Source: Perkinsus chesapeaki ATCC PRA-425
Lineage: Eukaryota; Protista; Perkinsozoa
Length of the DNA: 64,000 nucleotides
NCBI GenBank assembly: GCA_013115145.1
Contig: JAAPAO010000006.1
Coordinates: 1 to 64,000, forward strand
Reading direction: 5' to 3'
Positions within the stretch are counted from its first letter, which is position 1. The number at the start of each line of letters is the position of its first letter. A program made the position numbers and the translations under genes. Below the pieces are notes generated by a model. It was not told where the DNA came from, did no database searches, and was given only the letters and a program-made list of their open reading frames with translations. Positions 60,801 through 64,000 of the stretch are shown here, in pieces.

Positions 60801-63800
60801 TCAACTGACGTAGGACGTGCGTAGCCCATGACATGGCGCACATGCATCCTTATCACTGGAACGCGACAACAACAGTAATACTGAATAGTAATACTGGGAC
60901 TAGCGATTCAAAGAACCCTGAGGCGGCCGATGACGTAGACATGTAATCATATTAGGATTCGCGCTTCGTGCGTTTAGCATCCGAGTTCTCCGGATGTTCA
61001 TCTCTAACGTTAACTTTCTTCCCACAGCCGCTATTCCTGAAAATATCACTTCAATAGGTAATAAACGAGTCCATAGTAATTACTCCAGGATCACAGGTTG
61101 TTCTGAATTTGGGTCGGGTGCTGCTGGTAATGAAGCAGAAACCGATACACGTAAAACCTGATAAACTAGTTGTAAGATACGGTACCATGAACAGAATACC
61201 CACCGCCTCGCCCGAATCATTAATCCATCCGAGAGTCTCGTTACGCAGCTGATCAATGGGGATGAGTGCAGGGCAACCCCAGGTTCGATCCTCGTTATTA
61301 AATGTGTGTATAGAAGTCCAACGCTGAGAGAAAAGACTATAGGAAACTTAAAATTCGTACGATACGATGGTATTGTAGGCAAACAAGATAGCCCCTGTTT
61401 GGATTCGCAGGCTCTTTGTGAATCCTGAGTTTCCTTAAACGCAGAAGTGATACAATGCTTACGATAGATTTCGCCTTATTTTTGTGGTTTATCAACTTTA
61501 TCTTCAACTTGAGAATGCCCAGTGACTTATTACCTGTATGAGAAAACCGAGCACAAATCACATATAGCCCCAGAACCACTCGATTTTTTGGTGTACGGGT
61601 TTCGAGCCATTACAAACGGAGTTATCACATTCTGACTTACCTAGGGAACTTTCGAATTCTAGTACCGTCCATGCTAGCATACAGAGGTCGCGCGGTGATT
61701 GTTGGGAAAACTTTGGACGAATCGCTTCAAGTTGCTGGAAAGTTTTCGCTTTCAGCTCTTCTATTTTGTTGTTCACATTCGAAAATATAGAAATAAACTC
61801 GGAGTATGATCGCAGAAGCAATTGATAGGACTGCCTCCCCAGTATATGATAGATAGTTACCTCGCTGCCCAAGTAAGTGCAAGTAAGCAGCAACGCTCCG
61901 CGTGGATTTCCGTGTATCAGCACCACCAGGGTATACGACAACCTAGCAGTTGACCCTCTTGAGTTGCAGCCAAGTCTCATCTCTCAGCAAGCCTACTTGA
62001 AATTTATAATTTCCTTTCCATGTTGGTGGTGATTTAAATTCATCTCCGATATCATATTCTTCACGACCATTGAATCGGACTTCATGCTCGTTGGGCTTCA
62101 ATGGGTCTGGATCCTCCTTAACCACTGATGCAGTAGCTCGGAATACCTATGAAATTGAATGCTTCACGACGATTAGGTTGCCACCGAAGAAATCATCGAA
62201 TTTTTTTATCATTGTTTTTCTCACCAGTTTGCCCTGCTCATCCAGCCAGTCGTTCTTTTTAGAGAGTTCAGATCGGTGAGCAAATCTCCTCCAACCATTA
62301 GATAGCCCAGGATATACGAACCTCGAGAATTCCTTCGCCTAGATGAAAGGTTGCGGTGGATCAGAACAATATCATTACGATGGACCTGGACTGGTCAGTG
62401 TGGTTCACGAGCTCTATACTGTATTTCACTTTGGATCCGAGAGGGAAGACGTTCACTGAACCTACACGAAGAGGGGAATAGGGATCCCCCGAGGGATACA
62501 ATTCGTGCGTGTGGTCATGTCACACTCACTAGTAACACTAATGATAACAGCCGTTCACGAACATGAACTTCGGGTTGGTATTCTTCGAGGTTTCTAATCT
62601 CAAGTTCAATCTCCGAGATTAAATATATTATCTCACGGATTGAGTCACCACTTAATCCAAAGTTCCAATCCACTATCGAAAGCATCATTTGCAGAGCTGT
62701 GATCATGTCACGATAATCGTACTACCTTTCTTCTCCTCGAAATAAACGTAAGCCGCCAAGTATCCCGCCTTGCTAAAGGGAGCGCCTTTGAGTTTCACGT
62801 GTACCTGACCACCACTTTTTGACACCGTCTATTTGACAGGAATCGCGGACAGCTGGGCAATGACAACCTGACCGTCACCAGCCGTATCACATGCTTAACA
62901 TTAACATTAAGTTGTGAGATTCAACGAAACCTTTGCAGTCAGCAGCGACGCTCACTCACGTGGTAGCTGAAGAATTCTGTCACCATTGCTGGGGATTTCA
63001 CAACGGTGCTTTCATCGTTGGGGTCGACTTGGAATTCCATGGTCACACTTGAAAGAGAATGCTAACAATGAGGGGAACGCCACGAAGAACAGGAGATGTT
63101 CGCATGAAACTATCATGATTGAAGAGTCTCTCAGAGAGACGAACTGGTCCGAGTCTGACAGATGCTGGGTGAACTCGAAACGGTCATAAAAGAACCTCAA
63201 TATCACGCTCAGATCTAGAAGTACCGTCAAACCCACATCGAAAAGACCACAGAACGAGGACCAAAATCAACGCCAATCTATCGCTGATATACGAAAACAC
63301 TTTCTGGTGAAATAGCAGGCAGATGCTTATATCATACTGGATCGCCGATCTCACAGAGGAGTTACTCCGCCGGAGTACTCCCACTCTAGCACGCTTTCCT
63401 CCAGACTTTGGTCGCTGATCATTCTTGGGCTTCTGCGCCAATACTCCGACTAGAACGAAATAGGTTTATAGACAGTTCAAGTTCATCGCAAGTACTTGAG
63501 AGCATTGAGATACAATTTTAGGAGGAGGCGCGCCTCCAGCCATGACCGGAAGTACAGCTGCTCTGATTACCTGCCATGTGGCTAGCATTTCGCTTGTCAC
63601 GCGAACTCGTCTCAATAGCGTAATATACAGAGAGAGATACTCACAGAGTGATACTCACAATCTCTTGATCCTCATTTAGCCAGCCACTCCCCTCTTTCCG
63701 TAAGGCTTCGAGAGGTATTAGTTCAGGGCAGCCCCAGCTGCTTCTGAGGGTGTCGAAGGTGTGAATTGCCGTCCACTTCTGAGAAACACCTCGGACTGAG

Positions 63801-64000
63801 CTCAGCACCAAAAAGCTGGAGCGTTCGCGCATTTCTCTTGCATCCATAGCACAGCCACGCCCAGGCATATATACGTTCCACCTACTGTTATACACTATCA
63901 GCAAACAGTAAGGCCTATCAAAATGCGCCCCGAAAATGCTCACAATGCTCTGCTTGAAGTCTTTGTGATTTAACGCTTTCATCTTCAGCTGCACCCCACA
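57850..64000 (-). CDS. Tandem MATH (TRAF-like) domain array, at least 5 domains in ~2.4-2.5-kb units, running off the window end
   Basis: Repeated MATH motifs: VKSPTMVTDSFSYH/LQVYPSGDSRSKEGYLGAFV; ELVNH.D...SI; RGFSDFVDRSTLSKENGWLD; EFKSPPTWKGNYKFQV/VVYPGGAD; HEFNGSDRQSWGCPHLI...GWL; HTFDTLRSSWGCPELI...GWL. DNA duplications 59480-59640 vs 61995-62150 and 60530-60645 vs 62937-63055. Confidence 0.75.

Noticed and set aside
61235-61295. Perfect B box GGTTCGATCC
   Set aside because: No acceptor, D or anticodon stems; lies within the MATH array.
1-64000. CRISPR arrays, snRNA/5S genes and prokaryotic defence systems
   Set aside because: Eukaryotic intron-rich DNA; no regularly spaced repeats, and no U1/U2/U4/U5/U6 or 5S signatures were seen by eye.

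Overview
Eukaryotic, gene-dense, intron-rich genomic DNA with many short GT-AG introns, tiny intergenic gaps and mostly minus-strand genes. The architecture and gene content (cathepsin B, MATH-domain array, KG-repeat protein, short introns) suggest a Perkinsus-like alveolate; this is an inference, not a database result. The first ~4 kb is accessory DNA: a 245-bp LSU rRNA fragment broken inside a conserved core, a 1.38-kb decayed PIF/Harbinger element (13-bp TIRs, AAT TSD) carrying a tRNA-like cassette, an AT-rich island with a second tRNA-like cassette, and then the most striking signal in the window. That signal is six unrelated 'hexamer-N-reverse complement-N-hexamer' triads in 770 bp, which match the footprint predicted for hairpin-mediated excision of an 8-bp-TSD (hAT-type) transposon. 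The rest is a gene array: IWS1, TMEM65-like, HOGA1/DHDPS-like, SH3, RING, two tandem divergent chromo-like+SET genes, RCC1, RRM, TTLL3/8-like glycylase, COX16-like, EF-hand, two intronless secreted permuted papain-like (NlpC/P60) paralogs with gene-conversion tracts, BRF1, cathepsin B, RING-HC and a tandem MATH-domain array. Boundaries of multi-exon genes were assembled by eye and are approximate.
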